DNA of 64,000 nt, taken from contig JASANG010003910.1 in NCBI GenBank assembly GCA_030248215.1, positions 1 to 64,000 of the forward strand, read 5' to 3'. Both the position numbers and the translations under genes were made by a program. Positions 39,991-51,844 of the stretch are shown in pieces. Under the pieces are notes generated by a model. That model saw nothing but the letters and a program-made list of their open reading frames with translations. It searched no databases and was not told where the DNA came from. This DNA is from Enoplolaimus lenunculus. Its lineage: Eukaryota. How positions within the stretch are numbered: the first letter of the stretch is position 1; every line of letters starts with the position of its first letter.

Positions 39991-42900
39991 TTACCGGGTG
40001 GGCAAATTGAAATAAAAATCATTAGAATTGCATGCGGTAAAATTCATTGCTTCAACCATACGGTAGTGCCTGGTTACTTGATTAAGAAAGTTTCCCGAAG
40101 TTAAAAATGTCCAAACTTCTTGTTTATATTGACGTTCGTACTGAGCGATATCCGAAACAAGCACCATAACCGGATGTTTGAGCAACTGTGCAAGTATTAT
40201 ATACGGATATTTTTCGTTTGCGGTCGTCGTAGCCCCAACTTTTACGATGAAATCTGAAACACGGGATTTAAAGTATAGTAAAATTTAAATTAGCAAATAC
40301 TTTCTGTGATCTGTTTAAATTCACAAACGTATGTAGCGCCAATCGGCAGTTGCTTACAGGTCCTGTATTAGTTTCGAGCAGCCAAACTTTGAAATTTGGC
40401 ACATTTTTTTCGCATTTGACTGGTTCTACTTGCGAGCCACGCTTGACGTAGTTGTCGTGTTGTACAGTTCGCTTGTTTGAAAACTTGCTGTAGGTGGCAG
40501 AACCTACACACATATGATAATACGGATTCTGATTGCGATACTAAAGAGCTGGACATTTACCGTGTCAATTATATACTTTAATATGAAATTGAAATTTTTA
40601 CTACAGTTATCAGACATACGGTATTAATAAAGGTTATAAAGCTGATTTTAATTTGCTTATGCAAGAATTCTTTCTCTGCTCAAACTTTTGGTAATTTGAA
40701 AAGCTCGGGAAACGAATACTTTGGTAGGTTTCATGTTTGGTTGTTGTATATTTTTGTCACCTCACTAATGCCTACACCGCAAAAAACGGTGAGTCAAATT
40801 GACACTCACCGAAATAGGCTGTTCCGGACTACACAAACTGAGTCACATGCGACACCGCCATAGTCAAATTCGACTTACCCGAGTCGCTCAGTGATCGAAT
40901 TTGACTTTGACGGAGTCGAATTTGACTCAGTTTGTGTAGTCCCGTAAAGTTTATTTCGGAGAGACTCAATTTGACTCACCATTTTTTGCAGTGTAAGGAT
41001 ATACCAGGGCCTCCCCCTTATTTTATGATCAAAAATGATATACCGTTGCTAACATATATAACTATATATAAATATATATGTATATATATGTATAATATAT
41101 CATCCAAGCAATGTAATTATTCAACTAACATGGACACGGTTCGTCTTGCTGTCCAGCATCAAACAAAACTTCGCCAGGATCCGGTCCATTTTTCGTCACT
41201 ATTCCGGTGTTTGATCCTATTTTTCCGGCGGTATTTCCGACACGGAAATAGCTTCGTATCGTTGCAGCGCCCAAAAATCCGTCATCGTATAATTTATCCA
41301 CTGAAACAAGACGTTTTGTAAACGCTGATTGTAAAAAACCAAGTTTCAAACCGTTTTGTTGAATTGAATACCAGGACGGCCCATGTAAAGATTAGCGGCG
41401 TAACGTTTTTCTGTGGGACTAGAATAGAGTTAGCTTAAGCTTTAGCCTGATTCTTTTGTTTGGCTTAGGCTTAAGCTCAGGCTTAGGCTTAGGTTTAGGA
41501 ATAAACTCATCTTATGCTTAGGCTTGGTCTTAGGCTTAGGTTTAGGCTTAGGAATATATGCTTATAATACTGTTCCGTCCCTGTTGTTTGCATGGGCCAC
41601 CAGGTCAATATTACCAATTACATTCGTTCCTATCTGATGGTTTAAACTATTTTAAGGAAAACTTGTATATGAGCATCTGCGATTACTGTAATTTCATGTT
41701 TGCTTGCGCGAATAAGAAATGATGAATAATTTAGCAGTTGCTTTGAATTTTCAGCTTCGATGTGGTATCAGGAAAGGTGACCCTGTTAGTTTTAGGGCCG
41801 TCTTGGTTTCTGGTGGGTCCGTAAACAGAGTAGGCTTATATTCTAGACAACATTTTTTGCCATAGGCTTAGGTGTAGGCTTAGGCTTAGGCTTAGGAATA
41901 CGCTTTTGCCACACTTAGGCGTAGGCTTAGATTTAAGAATACGCTTAATCTACTGTTACGGCCGTAAACATTGGCTGGAAAGGTTATCGGAACGATTCAA
42001 AAAGAAAATTTTTCAATTATAAGTTGAATTTACCGTAAACTATGGTGCAAACATCGTCATGAACACTTGGTGAGTAAACAACCTAAAACAGATACGGCAA
42101 CTCGTAGAATAAATGAAACAACTGAATTAAAATTAAATGTACCAAAATTTAAAAAGTTCATCACGCAGCATTTGTCTAACGAAGTAAACGAATTCAGACA
42201 AGCCACAATCAGTCAAAGGAACTATGGACGCCAATCTACGGGGTGTGGGGGTCAATGACACCCCCCCAAACACTTTTTTCAGATTGTACTCTTTGCATCT
42301 AGTTTGAGCTCACCCCTCACTTTGTCATCCGGTTTTGTGCGTTTCTCCGAAGAGCAACACTCCAAATTATGATTTTACGCTGCATAAAGTCTCAGGCGCG
42401 TAGCCAGGGCACCTTCACCTTGGTAGGGGAGGCTAAAATTTTTCTAGCAGGTGCATTCAAGGGCTTTCAATGACTTACAAGCAAGGATTAAAATTTTCTA
42501 GGGGTGGCCAAAATTTTGCCAGCGGGGGCTAACCCACCTGGTTCCCCTTGGCTACGGGCCTGCATTTAGTATCAATGGCTTTTGACTTATTGCTCGCTTC
42601 GCTTGGTAGATTTTTTCCACTGATGCTCATGCGATGACTGGGTGGATAGATAATATCCGTAATATGGTTTATTAGCATATGCGTGTCATGGTTGCCGTAA
42701 ATGCTTCCCACCGCTCCTGAGGGTCATTCACGTTTGTCTACGAAGAATAAATGTGAACAACATGTTTAAAAATATTTGCAGTGATTTTTGGGACCCCAGA
42801 AATATCATTTGGGAAGAAAGGTTGGTCACCCTAAGACTGAGTCCTTGCTATTGCAATACCCAAGTTCTAAAATCATATTTCTAAACTAATAAAATTGACC

Positions 42901-45556
42901 ATAGAAAATGACTTGTATATTACTTGAAGGTGCATGGATTGTTTCGAACTTAAATTCTACTGAGCAATATATTTGGTGAAAACACGGTGTGCTCCGTTGT
43001 AAAGAGTTTGATGTTTGATTCCGATGAGACCCGCCCACCTTGTGGAGATTTTGTATTGCGTATATGTATCGTAGTCCAAGTCGTAATTCTGCCGAATTCC
43101 GAATTGAGCTATCCCAAAGCGGAATTACGACTTAAGAACGAGCATATACCTAAGTCTGATCTAAGCGTACGTATAAACAAAGAAATGAGCATATATAAAT
43201 CTTAAGCTTATTCTATTGCACTCCCTCAAAAAAACATTTCGCCCCTAATATTTACATCGCCGTACTGTCACTAACATATCCACATTGGAGACGGGGGCGT
43301 ACGCCCCCCCGTCAGAATTTGTGTTAAAGTGGTAAGATCCCTACCTTAAAAATTTTCACCCTTAGAAAAATTTTTGGTGATAAAATGATAAGGTCCCTAC
43401 TTTACAATTTTTCCATTTCATAACATTTGCCAGCCCGGCTCCCCGCGTCAATAATTTTTGGATCCGTCTCTGCCAACGGTATCAAAGCAGCAACCATTTT
43501 TACCTTGTACCATTTTCCAAGCAATCCTGACAGCTTGAGATCGCCGAGGCTTGAAAACAATCCACGGTATAATTGTTTAGCGAATTGTTCGCTGCGTGGA
43601 TCTTGCAAAAGCTAAAAAACTTTAGCACGTTTTGCAATAACACAAGCGAAGCAGTACGCATATTGACGCTGTGAAACTGTATATTTAAAACAACATGGCA
43701 CTTGCTGGCACGCCTTTTCTGCTAAATACGAGTCTTTAAGACATCTCCCTGACGAATGTTATGAGGAATCTTTTGTAACGGAAACGTGCACTGCAAAAAA
43801 TGGTGAGTCAAATTGACTTTCCCTGAAATATGCTTTCCCGGACTACATAAACTGAGTTAAATACGACTCCGTCAGAGTCAAATTTGACTCACAGGGCGAC
43901 TCATTGAGTAGAATTTGATACTGGCGGAGCCGAATGTTGACTCAGTTTGTGTAGTCCGGAAACCCTATTTCGGAGAGAGTCAATTTCACTCATCATTTTT
44001 TGCAATGTGCCTATTTATTAACACAAAAGTAAACATCGTTATTCTAAAAAACGTTAACAGAAATGCACAACGTATATGTGGTAAGCTACACTGCAAAAAA
44101 TGGTGAGTCAAATTGACTTTCTCCGAAATAGGCTCTACGACACTACAGAAACTGTGTCAAATTCGACTCCGCCAGAGTCAAATTCGACTCAGTGAGTCGC
44201 ATGTTTGACTGGCGGAGTAGAATTTGACACAGTTTGTGTAGTGTCGTAGAGCCTATTTCCGATAAAGTCAATTTGACTCACCATTTTTTGCAGTGGAAAA
44301 GCTATAAGCAATAAAGTTTCAAAATTATGTGCCATTAACGTTAAGGAAACAACTGAGATGACATAGGACTGGATCAGACCTCCATTGTAGTTCAAAAAGC
44401 AACAGTACACTTTTAGATACGGTTTTTTGAAAATGTTAAGCACAAATAAACATTAATTTTTACCTGTACAAAAGAGTGGGTTTAGGTACTAGATTACAGT
44501 TTTTTGCTTAGGCTTAGGCTTAGACTTAGACTTAGGCTTAGGAACACATTTTTACAACGCTTAGGCTTAGGCTTACGCTTTAGGAATACGCTTAATCTAC
44601 TGTTACGCCCCTAAAAGTAAGATTGGCCGAATTATTTATAGATGCAAATACCAAAAATCACTCGATACCTGCACAGCTTTCTGAATTACTGCAGTTTCTT
44701 CGCTTCCTGGACGACAAGAGTCAGTATAAAGCTCTAAGATACGTTTCGAAGGCACAGTTTGTCCAGGAACCGGTATTCCCATATACGGCAAACCTGGTGA
44801 TCGTTTTTGAATAGAATCTAAAACCGATTGTATATATTAACATTGGTCGGCAATAGAAAATTGTTAAAAATTCAAATATATCATTGCTTTATTCGGAAAC
44901 AAATTTGTGAAAATGTTTCGTGCTTTGTACTCTGCCTTTCAGTGTGTTCCTTAGTATATCCGGCGCAGTACGGAAATGGACGGTGCGCAAGATAAAAACT
45001 TTTATTTACAATTTAGTCGGCAGTGTCGTTCGGTGCCTTCCATAGTTAAACAGCACAACTTCTACCTTATGTTGTAACAAATGTGTTATATTTTGAAATA
45101 ATGTAACTAAAAGCAAATCGCACGAAGCTGCCTTACAATTTTTTCGTCTTAGAAAATTGGCACACATATAGCATTCAGTAAAAATTGCGTTTCATAACTT
45201 TTACCAGCCTACTGCACCTGAGTAATTTACGGATCCGCTGCTGGATACCCATTCATTTTTCTTGAATGAATTACGGCCAGGGCCGGAGCAGCCACCCCCC
45301 CATACGTGCCATTTGGGGGAGTGCCCCCACCCCTAAAAGGGCCCCCTCCTAACCGGTTGAAACAAAAACCGATTAAGTTTTGAAATGCGTCTGGCTTCTC
45401 GCTCGCTTCGTTCACGAGTTTCGGGGCCGCCACCCTAGCGTTTGTGGGGAGTCCCCACCCCTGTCTGCTCCGGCACTGCTTACGGCTGACATCGCTTTGG
45501 CCAATACCAAACCAGCATGAAATAGTAATTGCGGTTACAATTGATGCCTTAACCAT
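39991..45556 (-). CDS. Secreted lipocalin-related protein (nematode LPR-like), about 270 aa
   Basis: Exons 45556-45484 (signal peptide), 44817-44669, 43611-43504, 42082-42034, 41300-41130 and 40253-39991, phases consistent (813 nt). Lipocalin SCR1 motif DLKLSGLLGKWYKVV, plus GIPVPGQT, GPDPG..DEPCPYFIVKVG and YIILAQLLKHPVMVLV..YKQEVWTFL, recognised as resembling C. elegans LPR proteins. Confidence 0.85.
40775..40993. mobile_element. CMC/EnSpm-like palindromic MITE
   Basis: CAC(C/T)GCAAAAAA(C/T)GGTGAGTCAAATTGAC...CACCATTTTTTGCAGTG with a 2-bp TSD (TA). Other copies: 25021-25228 (TA), 43789-44007 (TG/TG), 44089-44295. Confidence 0.75.
41378..41598. mobile_element. MITE family A copy
   Basis: Family A TIRs; TSD ACCAGGAC/ACCAGGTC. 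Confidence 0.8.
43789..44295. mobile_element. Two adjacent EnSpm-like MITEs in lipocalin intron 2
   Basis: Copies at 43789-44007 and 44089-44295, both starting CACTGCAAAAAATGGTGAGTC. Confidence 0.75.
45278..45478. mobile_element. hAT-like GC-rich MITE at the lipocalin exon 1 donor
   Basis: TIR CAGGGCCGGAGCAG / CTGCTCCGGCACTG; TSD ATTACGGC/CTTACGGC. Related copy at about 11994-12186 and a fragment at 1537. Confidence 0.75.
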
Positions 45557-45983
45557 ACTCGTTTACATTGTATAACGTTTCTAAATACCACTAGAACAGA
45601 TTGCTTTTGTGGGTTTGAGACAAAGATAAAAACTTTTGGTATTTGCGAAATTGCTATTTTAGCTTCAATATATACGCTTTTTTTTAAAACGCTAATTATT
45701 AGTTTGAAATATTTGACAAAATATACTAATATTTTTTTATAAATACTGAACTGGAAATAGTCGAGCTGGTTTGCCGACTTGACGGCTTCGAGCTAGTCTT
45801 TGGTCTCGCGGTTTAAACTGAAAGCTTACTCACAGTTTTAAAAAAGTTAAGTTAAGCAGTACCATAAAGAGTCCTTCACGAAAGTTTTTCTGCGGATGCG
45901 GTGGGGCTCGAACCGAAAACGTACAGATTACCAGTCCTAAACTAACACACGTTTTGTAGTCACGCGAGAGTATACGCGTATAT

Positions 45984-46379
45984 GGGTTGCGTTATTAATT
46001 TTGTTGACGTCCGGCGCCATCTGTCACCCGGACGCAGCCGTCCGTCGCTCGTCTGTCATCGTCCGTCGCTCGTCTGTCATCGTCCGTCGCTCGTCTGTCA
46101 TCGTCCGTCGCTCGTCTGTCATCGTCCGTCGCTCGTCTGTCATCGTCCGTCACTCGTCTGTCATCGTCCGTCGCTCGTCTGTCATCGTCCGTCGCTCGTC
46201 TGTCATCGTCCGTCACCGTGCGTTAGACGTACGGCTCCGGCCATCACCGTTCGTCGCTATATAGTATTAAACATGTGTAATATGCGTAGGATAACGAACG
46301 TTCACAGACAGCGACAGACGTCGACACACGGGTGACACACAGTGACGGACGGCGCCGCAAGACGAGTATAGCACAACCC
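45984..46379. mobile_element. Harbinger-like MITE with an internal 21-bp tandem array
   Basis: Termini GGGTTGCG...GCACAACCC; about 8 copies of CCGTCGCTCGTCTGTCATCGT. Related copy at 16329-16563 lacks the array; others near 7492, 25900, 54654. Superfamily assignment is tentative. Confidence 0.6.
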
Positions 46380-46452
46380 ATATATTAGACGAATTACAGA
46401 AAACCTTAGCTTTTAATAGCTTTCTGACAAGTAATTAAACTACCAAAACATT

Positions 46453-46861
46453 GGCCCATGTCACGATAAAGGTCGACCCATTGTCCTGGGACAGCAATAT
46501 ACCAAGAGTGCAAACATATGCACTTCTGTATATGTACATATGCACAGCGTCACAACTGTCCCGCAGTCCCAATTATCCCAACTGTCTCGCTGTCCCAATT
46601 CTCCCGCTGTCCCAACTGTCCCGCTGTCGTAGCTGTTCCAACTGCGCCAACTGTTAAGCTATCCGAACTTGTCTCATCTGGCCCAACTGTCCCGCTGTCC
46701 AACTGTCTCAACCGTCCCAGCTGTCCCGATTGTACAACTGTCCAACTATTTTCCTGTCCCAACTGACCATCAGTCCCAACTGTACTAATTATACTTGTTA
46801 AGTATACTCCTGGTAGATTGTTGTCCTGGAAAAATGGGACGGCCTTTAGGTAACTTTGGCC
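46453..46861. mobile_element. GGCC-terminated MITE family C with internal CCCAACTGT/CCCGCTGT repeats
   Basis: Imperfect TIRs of about 55 bp (GGCCCATGTCACGATAAAGG... / ...CCTTTAGGTAACTTTGGCC); TSD AAAACATT/AAACCATT. Confidence 0.75.
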
Positions 46862-48386
46862 AAACCATTCATGAAAAAACTCAAGCCGCAGACTAAGCTA
46901 CGCTCTTATTCTTTTATGGTATGCTTATGAGCGGCATCTCAAAGGCTCTAAATCACGCCAGCATTGCATCTATAGAATTTGCAAAAAACACACTTCTTCT
47001 TTGAAAGCAGTAGTACGTATTCAATATGAAACGCTTGCAGACTGCAAAAGTTGTTGCACGCGTTTGTATAGTTTTCTAGTAAAAGAATAAAATAGGTCGC
47101 GTCGACATCACGAACATAAAATATTGCATATTGTGATATATACATCAGTTGTATTAATATTGACTGTGCATCTTTGTGTGACTACCACCATTATACAACT
47201 GATGTGTCCCCATTCGCGGAAATATGTTTAGATTACGCACGGTTTGGACGTTAATACTTAAAGCACCACAGGGAAACTTGGGAACACTTGACCAAATAAA
47301 GGTTTATTAGAAGTTGTAGGTTTTCCGTAATTTTAAATATTTTCTGGCGAAATTGAAAATCGAACAGTGAGAACAGCGCTGCCGCATCACACGTTGACAT
47401 TTAGCAATTTTTTAAGAGCAGGTTAGATTGTGGACTGTTTTTTGCTTAGGTTTAAGCTTAGAATTATTTGTTACACTTTATTCAACGCTTAGGCTTAGAA
47501 ATATGCTTAATCTGCTGTTAACGGCCTAAAAGTATACGATAGCCGAAATTTTTATATTTTAATTTTACTGATCAAGCTTTTTCAATAGTTTATGGGCATC
47601 AAGTATTCATATATGTGTTCGAATATAACACATCTCCGACTACGTAGAGAAAACATAGGTATTAGGCTTAGGGTTAGGCTTCCCAATATCAGCCGGGTAT
47701 CCAAACAGCATAAACTTATTTTTGCAACAACGTTCGAACATTAATTCATTTATCATGAATACGGCCATCATTACGGTGCCTTAATTTGTGGGGTATATAT
47801 TTCATAAAAGCCGGTGAAGAAATTCAACACGTTGTATTGAAATTGTTTCAACAACTTACACGTAAATGAACACAGTTTTAATTCAATGTCACAACTGAAT
47901 TCTGGCGACTGATGCTAAAGAGCAAATTGCCTGCATTTGCGATACATTGCAGCCTCTCGTTGTTACTTGGCTTTACACCAGGGTCCAACCGGAGGCGAAA
48001 AGTACCACAGCCGGAGCCAGAGGTCAACAAAGTTTATCGGTGCACTTATAGGTGAAGCTGGAGGTGAGGCAAACTTAGGTAGTTAAAATGATGTTTAATT
48101 TGTTAGTTTTTGCAAATATACGTAATGTTTTACTAAATCTTTCGGTTTTACGCTTGTTTTTTTATGAAATCTGAGCAAATTTTTGCGTAAAATTGCACCA
48201 AACGTTAAAACTAAACACACCATACAAATAAATTTTGTTAAATTATACAAAATTTCACAATCGAAATTGCCAGAACTTTCTGCACAAATAATATACCGGA
48301 GCCGGAACAAGACTGCACGGTTGTACCGTGCTTTGCACCCAAATCTATGAAATAAGCCTATTTGTACCTACATTCGCCAAACTAAA

Positions 48387-48581
48387 TTTTTCTTTTTTTT
48401 CTTTGAACTACAGAATTCAAATAAAAAATTCCGCTCTTGAATAAATGTCGCCGCTTTGTGCCTTGACGAACATATAATGCCCGGACTAAAAACGATTTTG
48501 AAAAACTGAAGCTCGAACGGCAGTCGAACCAGTACGGCATAAAACCATAAACCAACGTGCCAACCAACTGCGCCACAGCGG
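48387..48581 (-). mobile_element. tRNA-derived SINE-like element
   Basis: Minus strand has an A-box (TGGCGCAGTTGG), a B-box (GGTTCGACTGC) and an A-rich tail, but no proper cloverleaf. Confidence 0.5.
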
Positions 48582-51500
48582 TACCTTTGGTATAAGTACA
48601 ACAGCAATTATTTTAGATAGAAAAAGTAGGGATCACCAGCATCAGGTGTAAAAATTATTCTCCGTTTGAGGCAACAGAAATCTACATCTATTTCCTATCA
48701 GCGTCATCACGGCTACAGTGAACACGTGCAGCAAAAATCCTTTATACGTGTATCCAAAACCGGGTAAATACAAAGTGTGAGCTTGTAGCGAATCAGAATA
48801 GCTGTTTTCACAGTTTTCGGCGATATATTGTCGCTGTTAAAAGCGAGTTACTAGTTAACCCTAGAATATTTTTATTTGTGAAACGATTTTGCCCCTAAAA
48901 TTAGGATTTTTGGCGTACCTTTTTCGCCGGGATTTTGGGAAATTGAATTTTTTGATATAACCTTTTACGGGATGTTGGAAAACCCTTTTTCGAGCCGTAT
49001 TTTGAAAAATTTGCGTTTTTTAAAGCACAACGTTTTGTGCTCGGGATTTTGCGAAATTGGAATTTCACCCGGAAAATTGGAACTAAGGAAATTTTAATAT
49101 TTTTGAGACGGACTGAAAACCGTCTCTTTTAAAAGAAGTTGAATTTTCGGGGTTACGATTCTACAATGTTCCTTCCTTCAATTTTGGCTCAGGCAAATTT
49201 TTTTCTTAGTTTTTGGTTTAGCTATTTTGAATGAAAGTTTTATTCTCAGCGAAAAAAATTGGAGCTCGAGTTTTTGTTTTAACCGACAGGCCCCCTGTTA
49301 TTTGTTCATTGATCCCCCGAAAAACACGATTCCTATTTTTGACTTTCGTGTACTAACGTGAGGCCTTATTTGCATAACTGTACAAGATGCGTAAACAATT
49401 TATTGCTTTGCTTCTTGTATTGTTCAGCACATACACTACACTGCATGCTCCGTTATACGCAAATTAAACCTCAGCTTAATTCTGTTGCTTTTGCTATAAT
49501 CCAATGTTCCCAGCAGTAACGCGTTGGCTTTCAACAAAACGTCTGATAAAATTGATAACACTGAAATTTACAAATCCGGTTACCCGATTTTGTTCCCGAA
49601 TTCAAACCCTCAAGTTTCTGGCCAGGTAGCTGGCGCTTAGTATATACATATTTTTGATTTTCCTATTTTGTTTTTTTTCGGAAAAAGCGTAAAAAATATT
49701 TTTCCCGATCGATTCAGTTATTTGGAAAAAACGGAAAAACAACTTTGAACGAGATTCCTTCTCGAAATTTCAAGAGTTTGTCAAATCAATCACTTAATTC
49801 AATTCAATTTTTAGTCAACTGTTACAACACTGTACCATAGTCGATGATGTAGGCGTTGTTTACCTCATATGCTTGAAATTTAAAACCTTGGAGTCGAAAA
49901 TTTTTACGTTTTAGATTTTATATGTTTTTGTGAGTGTTCAGTTTTTCATATTGCACAATGTATTCTCAAATGTCACATACGTTTTTCAAGTTTTTTCACC
50001 AGACCTGGAAACCCGTTAGAGTCTGCAAGGTTGTTGCCACGTAAATACGGAAAATACGGTTTTAAACTGTTAGAATTTCGTCCCAAGTACAACAGGGTCA
50101 TCAGGTGACTCAACTTTCTTTTGATTGTGAAATATGGCCTCAAATCTAAACGCCAAAAAGAAGTAAAATCATATCCAAATGTTGCATTGATACCTTTAGC
50201 CAAAGTTCAGACTATCATGTCATCTGTCCAAATTTTTTCGAAGGCAGCTTATTAACAAGTGATAAAACAACATAAATCCATTTTCATATAGTACGACAAA
50301 TTATTCTATATCTGCTGCTATAGTATAGTTGTTGTTCAACAGTGTAAAAAATCTTTGGGATTAGCCAGGATTTTCGTTTGGTGGGCCCGCACATATACTT
50401 AAATAGTGTTTTAACGCGAAAAAAATTTTGGTACACATAACACTAAAGCACTGTCGGTCAGTTAACTGTGAAGCACCAACAACTAGCGTGTGGGAATGAA
50501 AGCACAGGAGATTATAGCTTCAGTTTATTCCAAAATATATTTTTAAAGAGTATTTGAGAAGCTATTTCCTCCTATCGATCTCCTCCTTTTTGACTCCGGC
50601 TAAGATTACAATAATATCTGGTTTTGAGAGTTTCTAGCGAAGACTACTGGTCTGTTGATCTTAGGTTTAGTGAAAGTAATGGTATTAACCTAGCTAGGAG
50701 GTTTACTTGGTCACGTGACCTGCACGTGGAGTAGAAATATTGAAAAACGGTGCAATGATTCGCTATGCTGCACTGCAGCCACTTGGTAATATGACGTGTA
50801 GCTTTGGAACAGGTGAAAATTTACATAATGATAATATCATCCTGAATTATGTAGCGCTAGGAGTGTTAAACCACTCATACGCAAACTCACCTTTTTCAGC
50901 TAGTGCTCAAACTACGCCAACGCGAGAACTATGGTCCCTCCTTATTGCCCACATGTTAAAAAATTGCATTAGGAAATTCAGCTGAGTGCCATGTCTTAGC
51001 CACAAACAGACACATCAAGTCAGGTAACTAAGTACTGGTAATTGAACATGCATTGAAAAACATAGACGAGAGGTAATCTGATGTTAGCACTCAAATTCTG
51101 AAGTATTTCTGTTTCTGTCAATACCATTTCGAACAATACGATTTGTTTCATTATTGTTGTGATGTTGGACAACCTCTGGAAACATGCGGTTATTTCCAAA
51201 CGCTTCGCCGATTTGATGGTACCATTAAAATCGATATCAGAGTTACTTTAATTGTTTAGTTTATATCGTCCAAAATTCACTACCAATTTCCGTGAAACTT
51301 CGTTTTCTAATTCAGGCATACCAACAATGACCATATTTGTAGATATGTCAATTTTGGCGCAGTAAACTGATCGTATTTACGTCGTCTTCAAGTGATTTGG
51401 CGATGGAGGTAATAGGCTGATATATTCCTCATTTGTATAGTAACTCAAACAGATATATGTAATGATAAAGGAGGTATCATAGGGAAATACTTCTAAATAC

Positions 51501-51844
51501 TCTAAAAAATATTATAAATAATTTTGAATATGATTTGCGTATGATTTATTTAGCGTTTCATATTGTCCCTGTTGCTTGCGGGACGAAAATTCTTTAATGT
51601 AAAACCGACTGTGTTAGATTTAGAATTAAATAGAATAAAAATTTAGGTTCGTCGAGAAAATGTTCCCGCAAAAAACAAAAACAAAAAAAAAAAAAAAAAA
51701 AAAACAAAATTCGTAAAATTATTAATGTAAACGAAAAACAGGTATATATTGTTTTACTGTCCGGTTAATATGCATGTTATGTGGAATTATCTATAGCTTT
51801 AAGACATAAAACAAGTAGTAAATTGCATGTAATAATTACGTAAT

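Noticed and set aside
40268..40556. Extra lipocalin exon or separate gene
   Set aside because: The flanking exons already join in frame to give PCPY-FIVKVG, and these ORFs have no recognisable motif or compatible phases.
43745..43790. Hammerhead-like CTGACGA...GAAAC
   Set aside because: No stem III, cleavage triplet or stem I partner is found, even after removing the adjacent MITE.
45890..45950. tRNA gene on the minus strand (B-box GGTTCGAGCC)
   Set aside because: No D-arm/A-box or acceptor stem; at most a SINE or tRNA remnant.
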